A stretch of 64,000 nt of DNA from an uncultured Methanosarcinales archaeon (GTDB taxonomy: Archaea; Nanobdellota; Nanobdellia; Woesearchaeales; CAYNLP01): the NCBI GenBank assembly GCA_964398115.1, contig CAYNLP010000003.1, positions 1-64,000 on the forward strand. The letters are read 5' to 3'. Under the pieces are notes generated by a model. It ran no database searches. It was given only the letters and a program-made list of their open reading frames with translations, and was not told the DNA's origin. Of the stretch, positions 18,233 through 27,887 are shown piece after piece. The translations under genes were made by a program, and so were the position numbers. Within the stretch, counting starts at the first letter, position 1; every line of letters starts with the position of its first letter.

Positions 18233-19474
18233 TTATCTTCGCACGATCACATAAGTCTTATCTAAAAAAGTATCAATTTTTGACTCTATATCCAACATGT
18301 CATCATAATCCATAAAAATGTCCTCACCGGGAGTATACCTCCTTTCCAACAATCTCCTCTTAACCTTAGCTTCAGAAGTTCCAAAAATGTTTAAACTATC
18401 AAGCTGCCAATACTTCACACCATCCTCCTCTCCCCTGCTAATTATTTGATAATCACCAGGCCGAACTTCTCTCAAACCACCACTAATCACAATATTATCA
18501 ACACGTACATCATCTTCTAAATCATATAACCTCCCTCTACTGCTAGAAACATCTAAATGAATTGCATACTTTCCATCTAAAGACTTAAAGAAATGAGGAG
18601 CTTCCGGTCTAGTCAGGTTCTCCAAACTACTACCAGCTTCGGAAACTTTATCTATAGAACTTTCCACACTTGCTTGAAGACTTGGCATGAAATACTCAGA
18701 AAATTGTTGCTTAAAATAATCTCCTTTCCAGAAACCAAAGAATCCAGTGAGTAAAACCAAACCGATTGTGACATGTTTTCTCTTCCAACTCTCATAGATA
18801 GGAGCGACTTTCTCAGCAGCGTCTTCCACCTCTTCATGCAATCGCGCACTCTTATTAATACCATCTTCATCATCTATACTCTTATACTTCTCAATTAAAC
18901 GATGGGACCTCTTCGCTAAATCATTCAAAACTTTCAAACTCTTCCTACCATCTAAATTTACGTTATCAAATTCATTCTTTAAATCAAAATACTCTTCATC
19001 GTACACCTCTCGAAAACTATTCTCCCTAAATCTCTCCTCTAAATCAACCTCCCACTTTTCAAAATCATCCCTTAACCGGTTCAAAGTTTCCAAACCCGTC
19101 TCGTATCCTAAAATTTCACAAGCTTTCACAGTTGATTCAAAAAACTCACCAGATAAGTCACCTCTTTCCAAATAACCCTCAACGATAAACTCTAACCTGT
19201 CATCAATACAACCTTTCAAAAAATCCTCTTTCTCCTTTAACAAACGAATAACATCTCTATATTCATCAACGACTTCACCATTCCTAAAATTAGCTACAAA
19301 ACCATACGGGCTTAACTCAGAATTAGATTGAGCAACTAATTGAGAATTATGAAAAACTTTATCACACCCACTTATAGAATTCAATTTTACCTTTAACTCT
19401 TCTAATCTGCCTTGTTCAAACTTCTCCCTTAAATCCGCCCATTGAATTTCTATCTCTTCTTCCAAATGATTCAT
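18233..19474 (-). CDS. Helical N-domain, TM helix and C-terminal degenerate YkuD/L,D-transpeptidase-like domain
   Basis: TM VTIGLVLLTGFFGFW; tail IHLDVSSSRGRLY...VISGG...PGDYQI...IFGT...TPGEDIFM...KTYVIV follows the YkuD pattern without the His/Cys. Confidence 0.5.
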   Translation of the reverse strand: MNHLEEEIEIQWADLREKFEQGRLEELKVKLNSISGCDKVFHNSQLVAQSNSELSPYGFVANFRNGEVVDEYRDVIRLLKEKEDFLKGCIDDRLEFIVEGYLERGDLSGEFFESTVKACEILGYETGLETLNRLRDDFEKWEVDLEERFRENSFREVYDEEYFDLKNEFDNVNLDGRKSLKVLNDLAKRSHRLIEKYKSIDDEDGINKSARLHEEVEDAAEKVAPIYESWKRKHVTIGLVLLTGFFGFWKGDYFKQQFSEYFMPSLQASVESSIDKVSEAGSSLENLTRPEAPHFFKSLDGKYAIHLDVSSSRGRLYDLEDDVRVDNIVISGGLREVRPGDYQIISRGEEDGVKYWQLDSLNIFGTSEAKVKRRLLERRYTPGEDIFMDYDDMLDIESKIDTFLDKTYVIVRR

Positions 19475-20538
19475 CGCGGAATACCTTCAGCTACCAAAGT
19501 ATCAAATTCACTAGACTTCCGTTCAAACAAATCATCCCTGTAGTATTCACCATCGCTATCTAAATCCACAGTTTCAGGCCGACCAGTTGACTCCACAGCA
19601 TCAAAGGCAGCTTCTAAAACTTGATGAGCTTCATCATTTAAATCTGCCACGTTCTGAACTTCATCCTCCAAATCCATAAAAGTATCCGCTGCTTCGATAA
19701 TAACACCCAAGTCTTTCGTCATCTCAGCCCTCTTCATCCTGACCAAAGCTTCCCTAAGCTTAGCCTCTTTCTTATCAATCATAGAACTCATACGCACCTT
19801 CATCTTACTGTACTTACCCTTAGCATTTTTCAAAAGAACAATCTCATTCTTCATATAACTCATCTGATTAACCAACGCACTGAAATACTCCTTACCTCTC
19901 TCCACTTGATCTTGAAACTGTCTTCTTTCCTCAACTGAAACATCCTCTTTCAATCTCTCCTCCAAATCCGAAATTTCCTCTCTTAAATTACTAGCGAAAC
20001 TGGTGAGTTTAGGATAAGTCTCCACATCTTGACGATATCTCTCCTCCAACCTCCCCAAATATTTATTCAGAGACTGCCTAGCACTCACCAACTTTACTTT
20101 ATACCTTTTCTCATCTTCACGAGCAACTCTCAAGTTCTTCAAAACTTCGTCAATCCTCTCCTCTAACGCCGCTTCTTCCTCAATAACAACTTCTTCCTTC
20201 TTATCAAACACTATACCGTCAAGACTTCCTCTAAAACCATACCACAACTTCTTCAACCAACTCTCCGTAACTTCAACCTCGACCTCTCTATACCCTTCTT
20301 TCCAAATCTTTCTTAATTCTTCAACACTAGTTCCAAAATAATCTCGCCCCTTACTTTTCAAACCATTAAAAGTATACGTGAACTTCGGAATATCCTCTAA
20401 CCTTTGCTCCAAAGATATGTTACCCTGCAAGACATCTCTCAAAAGAGCATCTCTTCTCAAATCATCTTCATCAAAACTGGTCCTAACCACCGCGGCAGCG
20501 ATGGGTATCCCTCTATAGTCATTATCTTGTCTGTACAT
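19471..20538 (-). CDS. Long coiled-coil protein, possibly PspA/IM30- or TelA-like
   Basis: Heptad-rich; amphipathic WLKKLWYGFRGSLDGI; C-terminal AKLREALVRMKRAE...DTFMDLEDEV. Confidence 0.45.
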   Translation of the reverse strand: MYRQDNDYRGIPIAAAVVRTSFDEDDLRRDALLRDVLQGNISLEQRLEDIPKFTYTFNGLKSKGRDYFGTSVEELRKIWKEGYREVEVEVTESWLKKLWYGFRGSLDGIVFDKKEEVVIEEEAALEERIDEVLKNLRVAREDEKRYKVKLVSARQSLNKYLGRLEERYRQDVETYPKLTSFASNLREEISDLEERLKEDVSVEERRQFQDQVERGKEYFSALVNQMSYMKNEIVLLKNAKGKYSKMKVRMSSMIDKKEAKLREALVRMKRAEMTKDLGVIIEAADTFMDLEDEVQNVADLNDEAHQVLEAAFDAVESTGRPETVDLDSDGEYYRDDLFERKSSEFDTLVAEGIPR

Positions 20539-20551
20539 CTTTTCAACACCT

Positions 20552-20989
20552 CTAACTTAATCTACCTATTTTATGCTCCAAATCTGCATCGTATTCTCCT
20601 TTCAACCTTTTAACTAGAGAAGTCCTCTGCTTATCCAAACGGATGAGTTCTTCCCTATCTATCAACTCCAAACCGTTATTAACGCCGTAATGTAAAGCTC
20701 TTGGAACAAAATCTCTGTTAGTAACTACCACACCTTTCTTGGAATCTATCCCAAGTAATTCCAAAACGCTGTGGAACTTGGAAACCTTCTCTAATGAAAC
20801 GTTACCATTTGTCAAATACTTACATTCAACGAAACGCTTGTTCCAAAAACGACCATACACGACATCAATCTGATACCTTGTCCTCTGTCCACCCAACTCC
20901 TTATCTAAAACAACATCTCGCTCAACGTTGGTATAACCCAAGTCGATCACTAAGTTCTCTATCCATTTCTCGAACGCCTCGTACATCAT
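20552..20989 (-). CDS. Stand-alone Mrr_cat-type PD-(D/E)xK restriction endonuclease
   Basis: FEKWIENL...LGY, QIDVV...FVECK, GVVVTNRDF, LELIDREEL. Confidence 0.85.
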   Translation of the reverse strand: MMYEAFEKWIENLVIDLGYTNVERDVVLDKELGGQRTRYQIDVVYGRFWNKRFVECKYLTNGNVSLEKVSKFHSVLELLGIDSKKGVVVTNRDFVPRALHYGVNNGLELIDREELIRLDKQRTSLVKRLKGEYDADLEHKIGRLS

Positions 20990-21137
20990 ATCCTTCAACC
21001 ACCGTATCCAAACTATATTGACCTGTCACTTCTTTCGCATCCGCACACGTACTGTCAAAACATCCTTTCACTCCAAAGTAAACTATAGGTATCCACAACG
21101 CTCTCGTTGCAAAATTCCAAAAACCTTTATTCCTCAT
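20922..21137 (-). CDS. Small membrane or lipoprotein-like hypothetical protein
   Basis: SD GAGGTGA; hydrophobic stretch ending VKGC; its 3' end overlaps the nuclease start. Confidence 0.5.
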   Translation of the reverse strand: MRNKGFWNFATRALWIPIVYFGVKGCFDSTCADAKEVTGQYSLDTVVEGYDVRGVREMDRELSDRLGLYQR

Positions 21138-21147
21138 TTATATCACC

Positions 21148-21591
21148 TCAAAATATTTTATCGAAAAACTCCTTAGCCTTGATCTTGTAATAATCAAAAG
21201 CAACTCCAACCTTATCGTTCATACTTTCCAACTTTTCATACTGAGGAAACTGCTTCAAATCATCCTGCTTTCGACGTAAATAATTATTCACCCTATCCCC
21301 TATAGATTCAGGCGTGGCATAGCCATTATCTTTTACTGGAGTCATTTGATGAAAACCACCTTCGTGTTTGTCAAAACGCAGATATGTTTCACGCTCATTA
21401 TTCTCATTAACAATAGTGACAAGATCTAAACTTCCTTGCGGAGCAAAACCATCAGCCGTTTCAGTCTGGAAAACCCAATCCCTAGCTGGAATGGTAATGT
21501 TCTGCCTGACATCAAACTTATCCCCAACGTACATACTACCGCAAGTATAAGCTGTAAGTAAACTTCCAACGAGTAAACCTTTTTTTGTCAT
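21148..21591 (-). CDS. Hypothetical secreted or lipoprotein-like protein
   Basis: MTKKGLLVGSLLTAYTC N-terminus; first gene of the 18.2-21.6 kb operon. Confidence 0.6.
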   Translation of the reverse strand: MTKKGLLVGSLLTAYTCGSMYVGDKFDVRQNITIPARDWVFQTETADGFAPQGSLDLVTIVNENNERETYLRFDKHEGGFHQMTPVKDNGYATPESIGDRVNNYLRRKQDDLKQFPQYEKLESMNDKVGVAFDYYKIKAKEFFDKIF

Positions 21592-21679
21592 GACATCCCT
21601 AGAAGAAGCTGTTTTAATATGAATTGCCTAAGAAAAGTTGGACTATTTACAAGAACATTATTTAGAAATCGGAAATTTG

Positions 21680-21853
21680 TTATTCTGCGCAGTCTCTGCA
21701 GATAAGTTCTATCTCATCTTTTTCGATTTCTGTTTCGTCATCAATGTCTCGATCTATTTTCAATCTGCCATCGATAAGATTGACTTTCTTATCGCAGTTC
21801 GAGCAGTTCATTTTCGGGTTGGCTTGAACCCAACCGCTGATTGTCTTTCCCAT
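21680..21853 (-). CDS. 57-aa zinc-finger microprotein (not in ORF track)
   Basis: MGKTISGWVQANPKMNCSNCDKKVNLIDGRLKIDRDIDDETEIEKDEIELICRDCAE, two CxxC; TTTATAAA upstream. Confidence 0.75.
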   Translation of the reverse strand: MGKTISGWVQANPKMNCSNCDKKVNLIDGRLKIDRDIDDETEIEKDEIELICRDCAE

Positions 21854-21974
21854 ATATACGAAGTAGTAAATGATGTTTTATAAAATCTCCGATAGGTTCA
21901 TTACCAAAAAACTTATATACATCTGTAAAAACTTTTTGTCATTGTAGAAACTTTATAGTTGGGGGTTAGGTAAA

Positions 21975-22439
21975 TTGGGAAGAAAAGTATCAACTGATAC
22001 ACCATTATCAGAGATAACTCTACGTAAATACGAAAGACCCGGGGATTTAGAAGCCAGAGAACTCGCGAGGAAGATCTGTCTTAGTCTCGGCCTGTTACAA
22101 CCTGGTGATTCTAGAGACGTTATAGTCGATGTTTTACAAGTAATGCTCGAGGCGGATGAAGAACTTACCAGCACAGAAGTACAGCTTCGAACTAAAGAAA
22201 ATAGAAAAGAATACGATCTTCCTATGAAAGGAGTTGCTGCTAGCAACATTAGAAGGCAACTACTACGATTAAGAGACCTGTTCATCTTAGAAAAGGTAAA
22301 AAATAATTACCGAGTTAGGGAGAATACAAACCTCAAATACATCTTCGAAAATCATATCGAGGATTACTTTCTTGACAGCATAGTAAACAGGGTTAAAGAA
22401 TATATGGAAGCAGCAGATAACGAATTTTTCTCCAAATAG
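21975..22439 (+). CDS. Putative winged-HTH DNA-binding protein
   Basis: ELTSTEV...GVAASNIRRQLLRLRDLFILEKVKNNYRV. Confidence 0.65.
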   Translation: MGRKVSTDTPLSEITLRKYERPGDLEARELARKICLSLGLLQPGDSRDVIVDVLQVMLEADEELTSTEVQLRTKENRKEYDLPMKGVAASNIRRQLLRLRDLFILEKVKNNYRVRENTNLKYIFENHIEDYFLDSIVNRVKEYMEAADNEFFSK

Positions 22440-22483
22440 AATAAAAACATTAAATAAACAAAGAAAGTTTTATCGTATTAATA

Positions 22484-23014
22484 ATGGAAGTTTACGAACC
22501 TAGAGAAGATAGCGAGTTGTTAAAGAAGTGGGTGGAGATCCACGCAGATGGTAGCGTGTTAGACATGGGAACAGGTAGTGGAATCCAAGCACTAGCAGCA
22601 GTTGACAAAGCAGACAAGGTTTTAGCCGTAGACTTGAATGAAAAAGCCGTAGAAGTAGTGGAAGAAAAAGCACAAGAACACGATAATTTAGAGGTGAAGA
22701 AAAGCGACTTGTTCAAAGAAATTTATGACAAGTTTGACACGATAATATTCAATCCGCCTTACCTGCCGAAAGATGAAGATATAGAAGACGAAAGCATCTA
22801 CGGCGGGGAGAAAGGTTACGAACTTATCGAAAGCTTTTTAGAACAAGCCAAAGGCCACCTAGCAGAAGGTGGGAAGATACTCTTGTTGTTCAGCTCCTTA
22901 AGTGGAAAGAACAAAATTGATGAAATAGCTGAGAGGGAAGGATACACTTGGCAAGTTCTCGACACTAAAAAGATGAATTTTGAAACAATTTATGTATACA
23001 AATTATGGCAATAG
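22484..23014 (+). CDS. HemK2/Mtq2-like N5-glutamine methyltransferase
   Basis: VYEPREDS, LDMGTGSG, FNPPY. Confidence 0.92.
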   Translation: MEVYEPREDSELLKKWVEIHADGSVLDMGTGSGIQALAAVDKADKVLAVDLNEKAVEVVEEKAQEHDNLEVKKSDLFKEIYDKFDTIIFNPPYLPKDEDIEDESIYGGEKGYELIESFLEQAKGHLAEGGKILLLFSSLSGKNKIDEIAEREGYTWQVLDTKKMNFETIYVYKLWQ

Positions 23015-23592
23015 ATAAAGAATTCTTGGCAAAAGGGACTAGAGGCGTCACCTACATTACAAGCCTTGATGGTGAAAGAGTTGTTGTTAAAGAAGAAAGA
23101 AGAGATAGTGAAGCCGTTGGCGCTTTAAAGAATGAATATAACTTCTTGCAAGAATTAAACAAACACGGTATAGGCCCGAAGGTGAAAAGTTTTGAAGACG
23201 GCAAGCTATACATGGAACTTGTACAAGGACAACCAATTGAAGCATTCCTTGAGAAAAGTGACAAAGAAAAAGTTAAGAAAGTTCTGAAAAAAGTTTTTGA
23301 TAAACTCAAGAAGATGGATGAGTTAGGTATTGACAAAAAAGAAATGACGCACCCGCAAAAACACATCATAGTCGGGGATGAACCTGTGATGATCGATTTC
23401 GAAAAGTGCAGGTATACTGAAAACCCGCAGAACGTGACTCAATTCGCACAATACATGACTAACATTAAGGACTTACTTGAAAAGAAAGGATTTGAAATTA
23501 ACAAAGAGGAAATTTTCAAAAAAGCACAAGAATACAAAAATACTTATTCAAAAAAATCTTACAAGGCATTGTTAGAAGAGGTGGGCTTGTGA
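23005..23592 (+). CDS. Atypical Ser/Thr kinase-like protein (RIO/Bud32-related)
   Basis: AKGTRG, VVVK, E in helix C, GIGPKV, IDFE; variant catalytic loop KEMTHPQKH. Confidence 0.8.
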   Translation: MAIDKEFLAKGTRGVTYITSLDGERVVVKEERRDSEAVGALKNEYNFLQELNKHGIGPKVKSFEDGKLYMELVQGQPIEAFLEKSDKEKVKKVLKKVFDKLKKMDELGIDKKEMTHPQKHIIVGDEPVMIDFEKCRYTENPQNVTQFAQYMTNIKDLLEKKGFEINKEEIFKKAQEYKNTYSKKSYKALLEEVGL

Positions 23593-23897
23593 AATTCGCA
23601 CAAAAAGTTTACAACTTATTAGAAAAAATCCCCGAAGGCAGGATCACGACTTACAAAGTTATTGGAAAAAAGTTGAACACGGAAGCGTATCAAGCAATTG
23701 GACAGATATTAAAGCAAAATCCGAACGCTCCTAAAACTCCTTGCCACAGGGTTGTGTCTAGTGACGGAAGCGTAGGCGGTTATAAAGGAGAAAAAACAGG
23801 TGAAGCGGTTGAAGAAAAAATTAAGCTGTTAGAAAATGAAGGAATAAAAATAGAAGATGAGAAAGTTAAAAATTTTGAAAAAGTGTTGTGGCGTTAA
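23589..23897 (+). CDS. O6-methylguanine-DNA methyltransferase family (C-terminal domain only)
   Basis: IPEGRITTY and PCHRV active-site motif. Confidence 0.9.
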   Translation: MKFAQKVYNLLEKIPEGRITTYKVIGKKLNTEAYQAIGQILKQNPNAPKTPCHRVVSSDGSVGGYKGEKTGEAVEEKIKLLENEGIKIEDEKVKNFEKVLWR

Positions 23898-24823
23898 CTC
23901 TTCTTCCTTTTCTTCTTAGCTTCTTGAAGTTCTTCTTCCAAGCCAAGTTCTTCCAAGAGTTCCTTGTACCTGTTTCGAATGGTTACTTCGGTAACGCCTG
24001 CCACGTCTGCAACTTCTCTCTGAGTCCTTTTTTCACCATTGAGCAAGGCACTTACGTAAAGAGCTGCAGCTGCTATCCCAGTAGGTCCTCGGCCACTTGT
24101 TAATTCTTTCTCCTGAGCTTGCTCGATTATTTCCACAGCTCTTGATTGACTTTCAGCACTTAAATCCAGGCTGCTTGAGAACCGTGGTACGTAATCGGCT
24201 GGGTTGCTTGGTAAAATTTTGATATCTAATTCTCTTGTGATAAACCTGTAGGTCCTGCCGATTTCTTTCTTGTCGATGTCACTAGCGTCTTCTAACTCGT
24301 CTAGTGTTCTTGGAACGCCGTGTCTTCTGCAAGCCGCGTATAAACTCCCGGCTACGACGCTTTCCATTGAACGTCCTCGAACGAGTCCTTTCTGAACTGC
24401 CATTGTGTAAATCCTTGACGCTTCTTCATCCACGCTTTTCGGCAGTTTCAAATAACTACTAACTCTTTTTAGTTCAGAAAGTGCAAGTTTTAAATTTCTT
24501 TCAATGGCGGTGCTGATCCTTTGCTGCCACTTCCTTAATCGGAAAAATTTATTCTTTGACTTGCCCTTTAATTGATAGAGGTCGGCTTTTCTTCCAACAT
24601 CTGTTCCCAGTCCTTGATCGAATTGGGTGTAAGACATTGGAGCGCCCGTTCTTCTTTTCTCTTGGGCTTTTTCAGGATCGAATTCTCTCCACTCTTGGTC
24701 GAAATCAACTGTTTGATCCTCAAGAACTAATCCACAATCTTTGCAGACAACTTCTCCTTTATCTTGATTGATAAATAGGTTGTTGCCGCCACACTCTGGA
24801 CATTTCTTAATAACATTTGACAT
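23894..24823 (-). CDS. tfb: Transcription initiation factor IIB
   Basis: CPECG Zn ribbon, [32 protein letters not shown]. Confidence 0.98.
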   Translation of the reverse strand: MSNVIKKCPECGGNNLFINQDKGEVVCKDCGLVLEDQTVDFDQEWREFDPEKAQEKRRTGAPMSYTQFDQGLGTDVGRKADLYQLKGKSKNKFFRLRKWQQRISTAIERNLKLALSELKRVSSYLKLPKSVDEEASRIYTMAVQKGLVRGRSMESVVAGSLYAACRRHGVPRTLDELEDASDIDKKEIGRTYRFITRELDIKILPSNPADYVPRFSSSLDLSAESQSRAVEIIEQAQEKELTSGRGPTGIAAAALYVSALLNGEKRTQREVADVAGVTEVTIRNRYKELLEELGLEEELQEAKKKRKKS

Positions 24824-24994
24824 GTAACCCCTCCCTGGTAAAACGCAAACTATATAAGTGAAAAACCGGTTTTATTTAAATAAGTTTGGGTTTGCAAAGA
24901 GGATAACCGAAGGCACAAGTTATATATAGTAAGAGTTAGAAAAAGGTTAAATGGTGGCAGGGTTTAATACATGTCTAAAAGAGGAGAGAAAAAC

Positions 24995-25393
24995 ATGAAT
25001 AAAGGACAGATGTGGTCTGTTGACGTAATCATCGGCATCGTTATCTTCGTATCGGTAATAACCTTATTCTACACAACACTTTCCGAAAGTGGAAGCGACG
25101 TCAGACAAAACCTAGCAGCTAACGCCGACACAGTAGTCACCAAATTCACACAAGATCCCAACCTAAAAGTTGTAAATGACAACACCTTAAACACTTCCAA
25201 ACTGGAAAAATTATCTAAAATGAATTATTCAGAATTAAAACGTGAATTGAACGTACAAGGAGAATTCTGCATTTACCTTCAAGGCGAAGACGGACGTCTC
25301 ATACCTATAGGTAACAAGTCAGGAATTGGAAAGAATAAAGGAACAACCATTAACATCAGCAATGGAGTTAAGTGTGGAGCAGACGTGTCATGA
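24995..25393 (+). CDS. Class III signal peptide (pilin-like) protein
   Basis: MNKG/QMWSVD followed by a hydrophobic helix. Confidence 0.75.
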   Translation: MNKGQMWSVDVIIGIVIFVSVITLFYTTLSESGSDVRQNLAANADTVVTKFTQDPNLKVVNDNTLNTSKLEKLSKMNYSELKRELNVQGEFCIYLQGEDGRLIPIGNKSGIGKNKGTTINISNGVKCGADVS

Positions 25394-25830
25394 TAAAATA
25401 CTACGTCATCCTCTTAATTTCTTGGTTAGGACTACCGATTGGTTGGTGGCTTGCAAAGAAAGCGTGGGATGAAGTCAAGGAATATAAGACAATTCTTGAA
25501 TTTTTAAGAATACTAACCCTGGTTGCAATAGCATTTTTGATAATGGCTGAGCCATTATTAGCAACGCTGATAACCTTAGCATGGGCAGTAATGTACTATC
25601 AAAAACTGTACAAGTGGATATACTCTTCTCTTCCCATTGCATTATGGATTTCTCACCCGTTCCAGTTCTCTCCTTACATCGCCTCTTTAACACTATTCTA
25701 CGGCTTGATAGAAGGATCATTGCAGACTAGAAAATTATCCATACCGAAGAAATTCGACGCCGCCCTAAAGTTAATGAGAGATAACTTTGCCTTCCTAGTC
25801 GTAGGAGCGCTATTAGGATTGATCCTGTAA
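25390..25830 (+). CDS. Multi-pass membrane hypothetical protein
   Basis: Several hydrophobic segments; ATGA overlap with the upstream gene. Confidence 0.65.
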   Translation: MIKYYVILLISWLGLPIGWWLAKKAWDEVKEYKTILEFLRILTLVAIAFLIMAEPLLATLITLAWAVMYYQKLYKWIYSSLPIALWISHPFQFSPYIASLTLFYGLIEGSLQTRKLSIPKKFDAALKLMRDNFAFLVVGALLGLIL

Positions 25831-25878
25831 AAGGACGGGAAAGTGTTAAAAACAACATCGTTTCTTCTAAACAAATAA

Positions 25879-25951
25879 GCCCCCGTAGCATAGTGAATAA
25901 TGCACTCGGTTGCGGACCGAGAGATCTCGGGTTTGAATCCCGACGGGGGCA
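25879..25951 (+). tRNA. tRNA-Arg(GCG)
   Basis: GCCCCCG/CGGGGGC acceptor; CTCGG-TT-GCG-GA-CCGAG; variant D and T loops. Confidence 0.92.
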
Positions 25952-25952
25952 G

Positions 25953-26111
25953 TTATTCTTCAGACTTAACCTTCTGTTTATCCATGACCTGAACTTTAGA
26001 AACATCCTCTTCTTCAAACTTTTTCTGACAGTTTCTACACCAATAACTTTCAAAAGAATACTTGGTTATATAATCGGGAACTCCACAGTGGGGACAAGGT
26101 GGTTTCTCCAT
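25953..26111 (-). CDS. 52-aa CPxCG-type zinc-finger microprotein (not in ORF track)
   Basis: MEKPPCPHCGVPDYITKYSFESYWCRNCQKKFEEEDVSKVQVMDKQKVKSEE. Confidence 0.75.
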   Translation of the reverse strand: MEKPPCPHCGVPDYITKYSFESYWCRNCQKKFEEEDVSKVQVMDKQKVKSEE

Positions 26112-26147
26112 ACAATATTAAAGGGATGAAAAGAATCTTATAAAGGA

Positions 26148-27431
26148 TTAGCCTAGCATTATACGATCTCCAATTTCAGGACCGTAGGCTTCAATACTGG
26201 TTTCTTTCTCAGCCCACTTCACCATGTTCTCTACACCTTCTGGCTCTCCATGCACGAAAGCAACCTTTTCCGGATCAACCTGTCTTACAAAGTCTTTAAT
26301 ATCTTCTCGACTTAGATGTGCTGAAAACTCGAATTTATCTACGTGACACTGCACGTACGTCTTCCAACCATCCATGTAAACATAGCCATCTTCCAACAAG
26401 TTCCTACCGTTTGTGTTCTTCGCCTGAAACCCTGTTATTAATACAGAGCTGGACTCGTCACCCCACATCTCTTTCAAGTAATGCATTATAGGGCCACCTT
26501 GCAACATTCCACTAGTAGTGACGAAGATGCCTTTGTTTTCAATTATCTGATCCCTTTGATCATTTGACTTAACCAAAGTCACTCGGTTAAAGAACTCGTC
26601 AGCTAACGCATCCTTGTTATTAACATAACTACTAGGATTGTTCAAAATCTTCTTCGTGATACGCTTACACATTCCATCAAAATAAATCGGGACGTCATAA
26701 TCTTCCTGACTTAACAATATCAACACTTCTTGAGCCCTTCCTAAAGCAAAGACTGGTATCAAAACCCTGCCATCTCGATCCAAAGTTTTTCTAATCGCTT
26801 GTTTAAACCTCTCTTCCTCTTCCTCCCTACTGGGTAGTTCCTTACTTCCATAAGTGCTTTCACAAATTAACAAGTCAATATCTTCTTCATAATCTTCAAA
26901 AGCGCCGTGCATCAACCTAGTCTCTCTAGTATTCAAGTCTCCCGTGTAAAGAATTGTGTGATCACCATCACTAATCTTATAACAAGCACTTCCAGGTATG
27001 TGACCTGCGTTGTAAAGCTCGTACGTTAATTCTCTATGATGATATTCGTTATTCCAATTAACAAGTTTAAAACTGTCCCATACTTTACGAATGTCTTTTC
27101 TTGAATAAGCAGGATGAATGTTTTTGATACGAGCAACTTTGTACGAGTCACGAAGTAAAATCCTAGTAATTACTTTCGTTTGAGAAGTAGTTATTATTGG
27201 ACATACCATGTCTTTGTGTTCGAAAAAAGGTAAGGCTCCAGAATGGTCAAGGTGTGCATGGGAAAGGAATAAACCATCTAGTTCTTCATGTTCGAAGACG
27301 TCTTTCGGATATCCCAAACCGTCTTCTTGGAATTTTACTCCTGCATCAAGAAGGTAACGATCTCCTTTTGTTTGGAGTTCTATACAACTCCTTCCCACCT
27401 CTTTTGCTCCGCCGTGGAATATTAATTCCAT
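26148..27431 (-). CDS. MBL-fold beta-CASP ribonuclease
   Basis: EVGRSC, HAHLDH, AGHIPG, YTGD, ESTYG, FSAH, VHGE. Confidence 0.95.
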   Translation of the reverse strand: MELIFHGGAKEVGRSCIELQTKGDRYLLDAGVKFQEDGLGYPKDVFEHEELDGLFLSHAHLDHSGALPFFEHKDMVCPIITTSQTKVITRILLRDSYKVARIKNIHPAYSRKDIRKVWDSFKLVNWNNEYHHRELTYELYNAGHIPGSACYKISDGDHTILYTGDLNTRETRLMHGAFEDYEEDIDLLICESTYGSKELPSREEEEERFKQAIRKTLDRDGRVLIPVFALGRAQEVLILLSQEDYDVPIYFDGMCKRITKKILNNPSSYVNNKDALADEFFNRVTLVKSNDQRDQIIENKGIFVTTSGMLQGGPIMHYLKEMWGDESSSVLITGFQAKNTNGRNLLEDGYVYMDGWKTYVQCHVDKFEFSAHLSREDIKDFVRQVDPEKVAFVHGEPEGVENMVKWAEKETSIEAYGPEIGDRIMLG

Positions 27432-27615
27432 ACTTTTTTCACTTTGTGTAAACTCTTTATTTAATACTATCGAAAATCTTTTTAATTAAATGTTTCCTAT
27501 CAAAGATTAAGAGAGAAGCGAAAAGTTTATATAAAAATATACTTTCCCACATAACCGAGTCAAAATATACTAACGAAAACATTCATCACAGTATATAGGT
27601 TGTTGGAGGTTTCAA

Positions 27616-27885
27616 ATGGCAGATAAAGACATTTTCAACGTTATGTTCAGAGAAAAACCAAGCATGATGCTAGTAGAACTACTTAACAGCGATGAAGAAA
27701 TGTACGCCAGCGTACTAGCAAAAGCGGTGGACTGTACATATAGTCACGTAGTAAAGATACTTCAACAAATGAACGAAGCCGACCTGTTAGAATTCGAAAA
27801 AAGAGGCAGGCTAAAGATTATAAACTTAACCAAAAAAGGCGAAGAAGTAGCAGAAAACATTGACAACGTTAGAAACCTAGTCTGA
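27616..27885 (+). CDS. Small winged-HTH (MarR-like) regulator
   Basis: YASVLAKAVDCTYSHVVKIL...KRGRLKIINLTKKG; SD GGAGG. Confidence 0.85.
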   Translation: MADKDIFNVMFREKPSMMLVELLNSDEEMYASVLAKAVDCTYSHVVKILQQMNEADLLEFEKRGRLKIINLTKKGEEVAENIDNVRNLV

Positions 27886-27887
27886 AC

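Noticed and set aside
17367..21591. Possible integrated element at the tRNA cluster
   Set aside because: No integrase or duplicated tRNA 3' end seen, and the operon lies on the 5' side of the tRNAs
21638..21883. 81-aa + strand ORF
   Set aside because: Antisense to the better-supported CxxC microprotein 21680..21853
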